Positions 8,838 through 17,768 of a stretch of DNA of 64,000 bases are shown piece after piece (the first letter of the stretch is position 1; each line of letters starts with the position of its first letter). The translations under genes were made by a program, and so were the position numbers. The DNA comes from a virus, in IMG/VR virus record IMGVR_UViG_3300026519_000239, positions 1-64,000 of that record; one strand, 5' to 3'. The notes beneath the pieces were generated by a model that was not told the DNA's origin, did no database searches, and was given only the letters and a program-made list of their open reading frames with translations.

Positions 8838-10469
8838 ATGGCTATCATTAAAATACCTTACAAGGTGACAGACTCTGATAACCCAGCTCCGTCATCTATT
8901 ACTGTGACCATATCCATCTACTCAGACCAAGGATTCGTAAAGGAGTTCAATGTAACTCCTTCTGCTTTAGGTGTTTGGCTTGAAGCAAGTACTGATGTCT
9001 CACCAGGTAGATACTATGCTCGGGGAACTGTTACCGACGGAGCCAAGTCAGGCACAGCACAAGCCACGCCTACGGTGATCATCGGCGATCTAAGACTGGA
9101 ATCCATGAAAGCCAATGTTCCAGCGTATGGGTGGACTGATCTGCAAGCTGATGCTGACAAGTTCTTGAATGGCCAATCTTGGTTTAGCAACGAGACTGCT
9201 GAAGATGCCCACTGGAATCCATCTGCTGTGCAGGACGACACTTCTCCATATCGAGGCTCTGCTAATCCAGTCTCCATAAAGCAAGCTTTCCAGTGGGGCG
9301 CTACTATCGTTGATTGCGCTATCGCCGGGAGCATGCTGCTCGGTAAGGGGAACTCCACGGGGCAGCCGTACATGGACAAAGTTATCAACTACCTCAAGGT
9401 AGATGCTGGTAACTCTGTCTTGGATTTCAGCAATACATCCACGTGGATGTCAGACGGCTACCTCAATGGTGACGCTAATCGGCTTGATGTAGCAATGTGG
9501 GCAAGTAGGCAGATCGAGGCTTGGCGGTATGCTAGGCCTTATGCATCTGCTGCGGATAGAACCACCATTGATACCTATATTCGCAATATGGCTAGATGGT
9601 GCGTGGCTTGGCCAGCAAGACTAGTTCAAAAGAACTATTCCGATGGGAATTGGCGAGCTGATACTACTGATGCTATGCCAAGCACACTCATACAACGTAC
9701 AGGCACCAACTACTACGATCAGTTTGCAGGAGGCTATCTGTACGAAGGTGGCCCTAAGATGGCTTGGACTGGTGCTGGTGGGATGGAGAACCGTCAGTTA
9801 ATGTCGTTTGGTACTGGTGCTGCTGGTGCCCAGATCGTGGGGGATACTCAGACCCTGGCTGATGTGAAGAAGTTGTTCTTCTTATTCCTCAAGTATTACC
9901 TTCAGGGAGATGCCTGCGATATGCAGGATATGGTCAGGAACTACCAGGATACTGGCAATAACGGTATCACCTACCCAATAGTAGCTGTCGATGGTTTGGT
10001 GCGCGCTGCTGACGCTCTGGCGCTATCTGGTGATACGTCATTACTCACGATGGAGACCACTGGTGGGGCAGTCCATAACGCTGATCCCAGTAGGAATACT
10101 ACTTCCACTCAGCCAAAGAGCTTGAAGAAGGCGATCCAGCGCATCATTGATATTGTCACGAGGAAAACCACTCTCTATGCAGTAGGGCATGGTGGAGATG
10201 CTACGTACATTCTGGACTTCCAGACTGGCTCAGATAGCTCAGGAAACAGATCAAGGTGGTCTCCTGCTTTCATCATGGGTAGCTGGTCGTATTTGTATCC
10301 TGATCTAAAAGACAAGTTACTGGCTATTGGTAACTGGACTGACCCCGGCCTGCCTCCAAAGGGCACGTCACCTGATGGCGACTGGTCTGAAGCCACAGCG
10401 CGGCATGGACAGTTCACCTTGAAGGGTGACCGTAGGTTCATTGGGTTCAACGTAGATAGGGGGTATTGA
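8838..10469 (+). CDS. Ig-like domain fused to an alginate-lyase-like (alpha/alpha) polysaccharide lyase domain
   Basis: N-terminus is paralogous to ORF 2894. The helical body has ENR.LM...A.GA.IVGD and D..R....G.TY patterns typical of alpha/alpha-toroid lyases. Confidence 0.55.
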   Translation: MAIIKIPYKVTDSDNPAPSSITVTISIYSDQGFVKEFNVTPSALGVWLEASTDVSPGRYYARGTVTDGAKSGTAQATPTVIIGDLRLESMKANVPAYGWTDLQADADKFLNGQSWFSNETAEDAHWNPSAVQDDTSPYRGSANPVSIKQAFQWGATIVDCAIAGSMLLGKGNSTGQPYMDKVINYLKVDAGNSVLDFSNTSTWMSDGYLNGDANRLDVAMWASRQIEAWRYARPYASAADRTTIDTYIRNMARWCVAWPARLVQKNYSDGNWRADTTDAMPSTLIQRTGTNYYDQFAGGYLYEGGPKMAWTGAGGMENRQLMSFGTGAAGAQIVGDTQTLADVKKLFFLFLKYYLQGDACDMQDMVRNYQDTGNNGITYPIVAVDGLVRAADALALSGDTSLLTMETTGGAVHNADPSRNTTSTQPKSLKKAIQRIIDIVTRKTTLYAVGHGGDATYILDFQTGSDSSGNRSRWSPAFIMGSWSYLYPDLKDKLLAIGNWTDPGLPPKGTSPDGDWSEATARHGQFTLKGDRRFIGFNVDRGY

Positions 10470-10470
10470 G

Positions 10471-10965
10471 ATGAAGCCGCATACACGTAAGCTGTACGAT
10501 CATTTCCCCGGTAAGACGACACACAATCGGCTAATTGGAGTGAAGCCAAGATTGGTTGAGGTGGTTGTTCTTGGGATGCGCTATAGCACTTTGGACTTCG
10601 GTGTTAGTGAAGGCAAGAGGACACTAGAGAGGCAGAAGCAGCTCTATCGTCAAGGGAAGTCTAGGACTATGAAATCTAGACACTTAGACGGCGAGGCAGT
10701 TGACATATACGTATCAAGAGGGAAAGACAACGGATACAACTTCGAGCAACTCTGCGAGTGCATGAAGGGCATCTGGTACGCCGCTGAATACTTCGATGTG
10801 TTGGGTAAGATGCGGTGGGGAGGAGTATGGGACAGGAGGCTGGATAAGCTCAATCCAGAGAAACTTCTGGATGAGCACAAAGCCTATGTGAAAAGGTTCA
10901 GGAGTGCGAAGGGTAGGAGTCCATTAGTTGACCTCCCTCATATTGAGTTTGCTAGTAATACCTAG
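10471..10965 (+). CDS. Endolysin, M15 family L-Ala-D-Glu peptidase
   Basis: EGKRTLERQKQLY, SRHLDGEAVDI, RWGG.W and DLPHIE motifs. Confidence 0.9.
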   Translation: MKPHTRKLYDHFPGKTTHNRLIGVKPRLVEVVVLGMRYSTLDFGVSEGKRTLERQKQLYRQGKSRTMKSRHLDGEAVDIYVSRGKDNGYNFEQLCECMKGIWYAAEYFDVLGKMRWGGVWDRRLDKLNPEKLLDEHKAYVKRFRSAKGRSPLVDLPHIEFASNT

Positions 10966-11103
10966 TTATCTAATTCACTACGTATATCGACAATGACAAA
11001 CAACCAACTTCCAACTGGTAGCAAGGAGAGCACCAGTTGGGAGTAGTTTTTCCATGGAAGGAGGACTACAGGCCATAGCCACACAAAGACAATAATATCT
11101 ACA

Positions 11104-11841
11104 CTATGCTTCCACTGCCCCGTTAATAAAATTATTAGCAAAGACATCACGCTCAATAGTTCGCGTGCGCGCCTTTTCCTCAACAGTGTTGGCATAATTA
11201 TTTTCTTTCATTCTGTAACTCAGTTTGGCTACATTAGCATTAATGATCCTCTTACTAAGTTCTATAGCAAATTCATGTGAAAGTATCTTTTCCTCATCAT
11301 ATTTATTAAACCAACGAAGGATATTTATATCTTCGTTATATATTTCAAGTATTGAATGATCTTTCTCCCCGGAGTCAATATCATTAATAAACTCCGCTAG
11401 ATCATTTAGATTCATTACTACGCTACGTGTAAATACACGGATACTTTCAATAACTAATAGTTGAAGCTTCTCAGTGAAATCGGTTGAAGTAACTAAGTAT
11501 TCAACCCAGTTTGGTTTTAGATGTGCTTTTTTGACCATATCCAATAGATCAATTGCGTACCCTTGTAGCGATGTATTGGTTTCTTTAGTGGCTTCAGTAT
11601 CCCACTCAGATATTGCATCAATTGCGCTACTATCATCTCCATAAATTGTGTTGTGAACTGCTTGTGTATAGAAGAACAGATCACCAAGTTCTTCAAGTGA
11701 GTTATAGATGCTTACTGATTCAAGCAATTCATGGGACTCTGTAGCAACGCCCATAACTGCATGTAGGATGGCTTTCTCTTTGTCTGTAGCATCATGAGCA
11801 GGAATCATGAATTTATCATTTACGAAATTGCTGTAGTTCAT
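11104..11841 (-). CDS. MazG-like nucleotide pyrophosphohydrolase
   Basis: LHAVMGVATESHELLE...EELGDLFFY and a terminal N..KL..R motif. Confidence 0.7.
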   Translation of the reverse strand: MNYSNFVNDKFMIPAHDATDKEKAILHAVMGVATESHELLESVSIYNSLEELGDLFFYTQAVHNTIYGDDSSAIDAISEWDTEATKETNTSLQGYAIDLLDMVKKAHLKPNWVEYLVTSTDFTEKLQLLVIESIRVFTRSVVMNLNDLAEFINDIDSGEKDHSILEIYNEDINILRWFNKYDEEKILSHEFAIELSKRIINANVAKLSYRMKENNYANTVEEKARTRTIERDVFANNFINGAVEA

Positions 11842-12430
11842 TGTTGTTTCCTTTTGGTTTGGGTTGGGCTAACTGTTGGAAGTCAGCATAGTGATGGTTT
11901 CCCATAGGGCTATTTTGAGTTGTGAGTACACCGATAGGTACCCACTTTCCATTGAACACTCCAAATACTGGTGAGCCACTCATGCCACTTACTACTGGCT
12001 CCCCGTCCAATTGAATGATCCAAGTACCTTGGCTTATATCCCTATCTACATACACTTTCCCTGTGCGGTGTACAACACAATGAGAGCCTTCTGGATAGCC
12101 CATGATGTGTATCTTTTGTCCTATTACTGGTTCAGGAAAGTCACCCTCCTGTATGTGATCGTTTGGATCAGCGAAGCGCACAATGTCATTTCCGAGGATT
12201 TCTACTACATAGCCTTTTGGGATGATACTTGGAAATGTGTATTCTTGAGCTTTGAGTACGTGATATGCAGAATACCAGGCATCCTTGTACTTATAGTAAG
12301 TACCATATGCAGTACTCCTATCAGATTGATGATAGACCCGTTCAACCCTTAATGGGAATAGTTCTGCTTGTGATTCTGCCGTCATACTTAGCAGCAGCAG
12401 TAGCGTAATGAGCTTTATAAGTGTGTTCAT
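11816..12430 (-). CDS. Secreted trypsin-like (S1) serine protease
   Basis: Signal peptide MNTLIKLITLLLLLSMTAESQA; triad motifs SAYHV, NDI, GMSGSPVF; GGAG upstream of ATG 12430. Confidence 0.75.
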   Translation of the reverse strand: MNTLIKLITLLLLLSMTAESQAELFPLRVERVYHQSDRSTAYGTYYKYKDAWYSAYHVLKAQEYTFPSIIPKGYVVEILGNDIVRFADPNDHIQEGDFPEPVIGQKIHIMGYPEGSHCVVHRTGKVYVDRDISQGTWIIQLDGEPVVSGMSGSPVFGVFNGKWVPIGVLTTQNSPMGNHHYADFQQLAQPKPKGNNNELQQFRK

Positions 12431-12680
12431 GGTATTCCGAAATCTCCGTGGAGGATATTGATGGCTTATATCCTGCTTCCTCCAATAGAGCAATTAAGGA
12501 ACCAATTCTTATAGATAGATACACCGAACGGAACGATAGAAGAGGGTACTCATGCTCTTCATTGGCTTGAATCACTTCATCATATGTTTTCTTTATGGCT
12601 CTGTTGAGTTTGTCAATTACTGCCGGTGTTAGGGTTGATACGCCTTGCACAACAGGCATAGGTGGGTTTTCTTCAAACAT
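12342..12680 (-). CDS. Hypothetical protein
   Basis: 112-aa ORF with a GAGGT RBS. Overlaps the protease gene start. Confidence 0.55.
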   Translation of the reverse strand: MFEENPPMPVVQGVSTLTPAVIDKLNRAIKKTYDEVIQANEEHEYPLLSFRSVYLSIRIGSLIALLEEAGYKPSISSTEISEYHEHTYKAHYATAAAKYDGRITSRTIPIKG

Positions 12681-12753
12681 GTAGTTTAGTACCTCGTAGT
12701 TAAAAGGAGTGGTATCCTACCACTTAACTTACCTATACAGATGGTGTCCTCGA

Positions 12754-14754
12754 ATGTCTGAATATATCGATCATGGTGATGATCCAAGAATTGAGAAGTT
12801 GCAGCCTAAGTGGAAGAACCCACCTACACCAGAAGACTTATCTAATGTTCTCAATTCTTCCAGTAGTGAGTACCACAGCAATAAAAAACGCATTGATGAT
12901 TGGAAAGATCTGAGGCATGCAACTGGGAAGTACAAAATAAAGAAGTGCAATAACAAGCAACACTCTACTACTGTTCCCAAGTTAGCCCGTATCCACGCTG
13001 AATGGAGATACTCTTCACTTGCTGAGCCACTGCATGCTTCCAAGAAGTTAGCTAGCATTAAAGCCAATGGTGTTGAAGATATAGCCTTGGCTCGCCAACA
13101 ATCAGAAGTAGTTAACTACCATCTCAATAGGAATATTCGAAGAGTTGCTTTTATTGACAAAGCAGTACGTAGGTATGTTAATGAAGCAACTCTCTGTATT
13201 CGTTCTGGCTGGGTTAGAGAGGAAACCAAACAGAAGGTACAGAAGGTTGTACTTGGGGCTACAGGAGAGCCTATTGGAGAGATAGAGCAAGAAGAGATGG
13301 TCGTTACCAAGAATCATCCAGTTCTTGAAGTCATCCCTATTGAGCGTATCCGGGTTGACCCAGATGCTATGGGAGATTACGACAAAGCTCAATTCATTGC
13401 TTATGACTATCTAAGTAATTTGGATGATTTAAGAAAGCGTGGATACAAGAATCTGGAGGCTGTGAAAATAGCTAGGGCATCGGCTATCAATGAAGGTGTA
13501 GCCACATATACCAACTCTTCTAATAACCAAGTGTGGGTTACTGAATATTGGGGCAAGTGGGACATTAATGATGATGGTTCATTGGTTCCTATTATTGCTT
13601 CCTATGTAGGTGGAGTAATGATTAAGCTCCGTAAGAATCCATTTCCAGATGGTTTCTACCCATTCTCATTTGCACAATACATGCCTGATCCAGATAGTAA
13701 CTATGGGGAGGCTGATGCTGAATTATTACGTGACAGTCAGCTCATTAACGGTGCATTAATGAGAGGTGTATTGGATACCCTTGGTAAGTCAGCCGCAGGA
13801 CAAAGAGGCCTCAGAGCACAAGCATTGTCTCCTACTGAACGTAGGAAGTTTGAGAGGGGTGAGGACTACATGACTCGTGAAGGAGTCAACCCAGAGGATG
13901 CTGTGTATATTCATCAGTTCCCTGAAGTAAGCCAAACCCCATTGGTTCTATTGGATCGTGAAAGTAACTACGCAGAAGCTCTCACAGGCGTTAAGACATT
14001 CGGACAAGGTATTAATTCTACTTCTGTTGGGGATGTAGCCAGTAATGGCGAGAGAGCCATGGATGCAGCTTCAAAGCGTGAATCAGGTATTCTCAGGAGA
14101 CTTGCTGAATGCTTGTCTGATGCCTTCAAAAAGGTCAGCATGATGTGCTTGGCTTACCACACTCCTGATGAAGTAGAGCGCATTACAGGGCAGCCATACG
14201 TACCAGCAGAACCAGCAGGTATGCATGAAATGGATTTGACTGTGAGTGTACGTACTCCTGAACAAGACCAAGCAGATGCAGATAGGTTGGCTTTCATATT
14301 ACAAACAGTAGGTAATAACAGTGATCCAAAACTGGTTCAGCTTATATGGGGACAGTTGCTGAGATTGCAGAATCAGGACGACTTTGCTGACATTGTAGAA
14401 CAGTATGAGCCACAGCCTGATCCTCTTGAGATTGAAAGACAGCAGCTTGAGATTGAGTTGCTTAAAGCTCAGATTACAGAACTTCAGTCACAAGCTATGG
14501 AAAATCAAGCCAGAGGACAGAACTACCAAGCACAGGCTCAGAAAGAACAGTCACATGCTCGTAAGCTTGAGGCTGAGGCTGATAAAGCTGCTCTTGAGTA
14601 TGTGGAAGAAGAATCTGGTACTAACCATGAGAGAGAGAAAGAGTTGGCTTCAATTCAAGCTCAGAGCAATATTCAGCTAGCAGCTCTTAAAGGTAAACTG
14701 GAATTGCTTAAAGAGTCTGCTAAACCAAAACCAGCCCAAGGTAAGAGTAAATGA
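12754..14754 (+). CDS. Portal protein (N4 gp59-like)
   Basis: W.N.PT..DL, PKLAR..AEWRYSSL.EP, EYWG.WDI..DG, EALTGVK.F.QG motifs and a C-terminal coiled coil. Sits directly upstream of scaffold and capsid genes. Confidence 0.92.
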   Translation: MSEYIDHGDDPRIEKLQPKWKNPPTPEDLSNVLNSSSSEYHSNKKRIDDWKDLRHATGKYKIKKCNNKQHSTTVPKLARIHAEWRYSSLAEPLHASKKLASIKANGVEDIALARQQSEVVNYHLNRNIRRVAFIDKAVRRYVNEATLCIRSGWVREETKQKVQKVVLGATGEPIGEIEQEEMVVTKNHPVLEVIPIERIRVDPDAMGDYDKAQFIAYDYLSNLDDLRKRGYKNLEAVKIARASAINEGVATYTNSSNNQVWVTEYWGKWDINDDGSLVPIIASYVGGVMIKLRKNPFPDGFYPFSFAQYMPDPDSNYGEADAELLRDSQLINGALMRGVLDTLGKSAAGQRGLRAQALSPTERRKFERGEDYMTREGVNPEDAVYIHQFPEVSQTPLVLLDRESNYAEALTGVKTFGQGINSTSVGDVASNGERAMDAASKRESGILRRLAECLSDAFKKVSMMCLAYHTPDEVERITGQPYVPAEPAGMHEMDLTVSVRTPEQDQADADRLAFILQTVGNNSDPKLVQLIWGQLLRLQNQDDFADIVEQYEPQPDPLEIERQQLEIELLKAQITELQSQAMENQARGQNYQAQAQKEQSHARKLEAEADKAALEYVEEESGTNHEREKELASIQAQSNIQLAALKGKLELLKESAKPKPAQGKSK

Positions 14755-15071
14755 CGCCTGAACAAGAAGCAGTAGATACACTTCAACAACTCAGACACGC
14801 AATGGATAGAGCACGTAAGCTACAAAGGCTTATGGACTCTCCTGAGTGGGTTGAGTTGATCGAGGAAGGGTATCTTCTTCGAGATGTAATCCAAGCTAAT
14901 AGACAGCGAATCACAGCTAAAGACCCGACTCCACATGAATTGGTTCTGAATGGGGCTGCTGCTTTGGCTTTGTGGATTGACACTGTATTAAATGATGGTG
15001 TTAATGCAAGTGAAGCTATACCTGACTTACAAGAAGAAGTAAGTCAACTAACCCAACCTAGTGAGGATTGA
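14751..15071 (+). CDS. Conserved N4-like head-module protein (gp58-like)
   Basis: L.RL..SPEW.ELIEEGYL motif and synteny between portal and scaffold. Confidence 0.7.
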   Translation: MTPEQEAVDTLQQLRHAMDRARKLQRLMDSPEWVELIEEGYLLRDVIQANRQRITAKDPTPHELVLNGAAALALWIDTVLNDGVNASEAIPDLQEEVSQLTQPSED

Positions 15072-16204
15072 TGATGAATGAGAATGAAGCCCAAGAGCAA
15101 ACTCAAGATGAAGAAGTAGCTACCCCATTGGACAATATGTCTGATGAAGAAATTTTAGCTATGGATGAAGCATTTAGTGCAGCATCTAAGCAAGAAGAAA
15201 ATCCAGTTGATGAAGAGCAGGAGACAATTAAGGAGGAGACTGTAGATGACAGCTCTGAGAAGCAGGATGATGTTAAGCCAGAAGAAGACGAAGAATCTGA
15301 TGGAGAAGCTGGTGATAGCGACGTTAACGATACTGTTGACACTAGCAGCTCTAATGATGATTCTTCCAGTAATGGGCCTGATGAAGATGACGATGGAGAC
15401 CTTTTATTAAAGGTTAATATCAATGGTACTGAGGTGCCTATCAAAGATGTTGAAGAAGCTAGGATACTTATCGAGAAAGGAATTCAAGCACAGCAGAAGT
15501 ATGAGAAATCACAAGATAAGTTATCTTTGGCGCATACACTGGAAGAGCAGGGAATTAAAGATCAAGCGCAGGTGAACCTGCTTATTGAAGCTGCTAAAGG
15601 TAAGCCAGAAGCTATTGTTGAGCTTCTCAAGCAGAATGAATTGAGTATTGAGGATATTGAAGAGCTTACTGAGAAAGATACTGAGTACAAGCCAGATGAC
15701 TATAGTGTTGATAAGAAACAACTGGCAGTAGGTGAAGTACTTAATGAACTTGCTGCTGACAATGAGTTTAACAAGACTGCTGATGTACTCCGTGGTCTGG
15801 ATCAGGCTGATAAAGCATTGCTAGAAGAGAATCCAGAAGATATCCGTGTACTACATGATCACATTAAGAGTGGCGTATATAACCAAATTCAAGGATTGGT
15901 TCTGAAAGAGAAGATGCAAGGTAATTTGCAAGGAATGACCCAGCTACAGGCATACCAAGCCATGGTTCAGAAAGTAATGGAGTCAGTACCTGATATAAGT
16001 ACTTCCAATACTGCTACAAATAAAAAAGAAAAAGTTGATAAAACAGTAAGTACCAATGATAAAAGTAAAGCAGCAAGTGAAGCTGCTGATGCATCTTCTT
16101 CCGTAACTTCTGGTAAAGGAAGGAAGGATGATGCTAATGAAGGCTCGGTGGATTTGGATTCATTGTCAGATGAAGACATCCTCGCTATTGATTTCTACAT
16201 ATAA
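15068..16204 (+). CDS. Scaffold-like protein (N4 gp57-like)
   Basis: Very acidic N-terminus, KVNING.E, LLIEAAKGKPEAI, HIKSGVY and terminal LSDEDI motifs. Lies immediately before the capsid gene. Confidence 0.8.
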   Translation: MMMNENEAQEQTQDEEVATPLDNMSDEEILAMDEAFSAASKQEENPVDEEQETIKEETVDDSSEKQDDVKPEEDEESDGEAGDSDVNDTVDTSSSNDDSSSNGPDEDDDGDLLLKVNINGTEVPIKDVEEARILIEKGIQAQQKYEKSQDKLSLAHTLEEQGIKDQAQVNLLIEAAKGKPEAIVELLKQNELSIEDIEELTEKDTEYKPDDYSVDKKQLAVGEVLNELAADNEFNKTADVLRGLDQADKALLEENPEDIRVLHDHIKSGVYNQIQGLVLKEKMQGNLQGMTQLQAYQAMVQKVMESVPDISTSNTATNKKEKVDKTVSTNDKSKAASEAADASSSVTSGKGRKDDANEGSVDLDSLSDEDILAIDFYI

Positions 16205-16221
16205 CCGGAAGGGTGAAGTAA

Positions 16222-17694
16222 ATGGTAATGAAGTATAACGCTCCTCATACCAATCCATCGACGATGGGTGAGCAGGAGTTTGTCCGTTGGTACAAGCGCA
16301 GAGCGTTGGTTGACGCTATGCAAAATGAGTTTTTCGGTCAATTCTCTACCCGTGAGGTGATGCCGAAACACTATGGTAAGAAGATTAGTCAGGATGTTAT
16401 CCATCCTATTATCTCTGATCAGAACCTCACTTCTGAGGGTATTGATGCCAATGGATTGACTACTAATCGTAAAGTTACAATCACTATTGTAGCTGCCGGT
16501 AATACTGCTACCTACGCTATCCACAATCGCCTTCGTTCAGAGACACAGGCCACTCACTATGCTGTTGGTGAGGGTCCGGATGCTGCTACTGCACTAGCTA
16601 ATGCAAAAGCGGATGCAGTCAATATCTTTAAGCAACTCGGTGTATTCAATACTGACTACGACACTACCGTTGCTGAAGTAACCGATAACACTAAGTTCAA
16701 CCCTGTATGGGTTGTCTCTGTAAGTCCTGATGTACCGGCCACTGGTAATTTGTGGGCATCTTCTCGCAGCGTAGGTAACGTTACCCAAAAGATCCCGTAC
16801 ATCGGCGAAACTGGTGGACGTGTGAATCGTGTTGGCACTACTCGCCATAAGATCGAATCCACTCTGCGTAATGTAGGTATCTTCCGTGAATGGACTGCTG
16901 ATTCTGTTGACTTTGATACAGACCGTGAACTGCAAGCTCACTGGGAACGTGAGATGCTACGTGCAGGAATGGAAATCAAGGAAACTCTCCTTCAACTAGA
17001 TATCCTGAATTCTGCTGGTTTGGTTCGTTATTGCGGTGATGCTGTATCTACTGCCACTATGACTGGCGAAACAGGTGATGTGAAATCTGCTGTCACTTAC
17101 GAAGACCTGATGCGGCTGGATATGGATCAGAATGCAGTAAGGACTCCAAAGAAGATTTCAGCTATCTACGGCACACGTAGGGTAGACACCCGTACTGTTC
17201 AGAATGCACGTGTACTGCTGGTTGGTTCTGAACTGGTGCCCATGTTGCGTAAGATGAAGGACTCTTTTGGAGATCGTGCCTTTATTGGTGTTGAGAAATA
17301 TGGTGGCAATACTACTGGCTTGAAAGGTGAGATTGGTGCTGTCGGACCATATCGTATTGTTGAAGTACCTTCTATGCTGTACTGGGATGGTGCTGGTAAA
17401 GCAGTAGGTTCCAATGGTGGCAATGCTGGCTATCGTGAAACCAACGGCAAATACAACATCTATCCGATGATCTCCGTTGCTCCGGGTGCCTTTGCTGAAA
17501 TTGGCTTTTATGGTGCGAATGGCGGTTCTGTTGGTTCTAAATGGCTACGTATGACTAAGAAGCCTGGTATGGAAACTATGGATCGTAACGATCCTTATGG
17601 CAAGCAGGGAATTGAATCTTTGCAATGGTGGTATGGCTATTTAGCTATGCGTCCTGAGTGGATTGCCATGATCAAAACAGTAGCAGAGCTGTAA
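16222..17694 (+). CDS. Major capsid protein (N4 gp56-like) with a ~90-aa insertion
   Basis: MPKHYGKKI, GIDANG, GGRVNRVG.TR, LQLDILN and DPYG..G..SLQWWYG....RPEWIA motifs. Followed by a UUCG terminator. Confidence 0.95.
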   Translation: MVMKYNAPHTNPSTMGEQEFVRWYKRRALVDAMQNEFFGQFSTREVMPKHYGKKISQDVIHPIISDQNLTSEGIDANGLTTNRKVTITIVAAGNTATYAIHNRLRSETQATHYAVGEGPDAATALANAKADAVNIFKQLGVFNTDYDTTVAEVTDNTKFNPVWVVSVSPDVPATGNLWASSRSVGNVTQKIPYIGETGGRVNRVGTTRHKIESTLRNVGIFREWTADSVDFDTDRELQAHWEREMLRAGMEIKETLLQLDILNSAGLVRYCGDAVSTATMTGETGDVKSAVTYEDLMRLDMDQNAVRTPKKISAIYGTRRVDTRTVQNARVLLVGSELVPMLRKMKDSFGDRAFIGVEKYGGNTTGLKGEIGAVGPYRIVEVPSMLYWDGAGKAVGSNGGNAGYRETNGKYNIYPMISVAPGAFAEIGFYGANGGSVGSKWLRMTKKPGMETMDRNDPYGKQGIESLQWWYGYLAMRPEWIAMIKTVAEL

Positions 17695-17720
17695 GTCACT
17701 GACTTACTTGCTACACTTAT

Positions 17721-17749
17721 AAGGGACTGCTTCGGTAGTCCCTTTTTTT
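17721..17749 (+). terminator. Rho-independent terminator
   Basis: AAGGGACTGC-TTCG-GTAGTCCCTT stem with a T-run. Confidence 0.9.
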
Positions 17750-17768
17750 ATGCGTATGAGGTAAACCC

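Noticed and set aside
830-10469. One giant adhesin broken by frameshifts, readthrough or stop-codon recoding
   Set aside because: Junctions change frame, several downstream ORFs have clear RBSs, acceptor N-termini occur as paralogous pairs, and core genes use the standard code.
830-10469. Shufflon or diversity-generating retroelement driving tip variation
   Set aside because: No invertase, reverse transcriptase, inverted crossover sites or TR/VR pair was seen.
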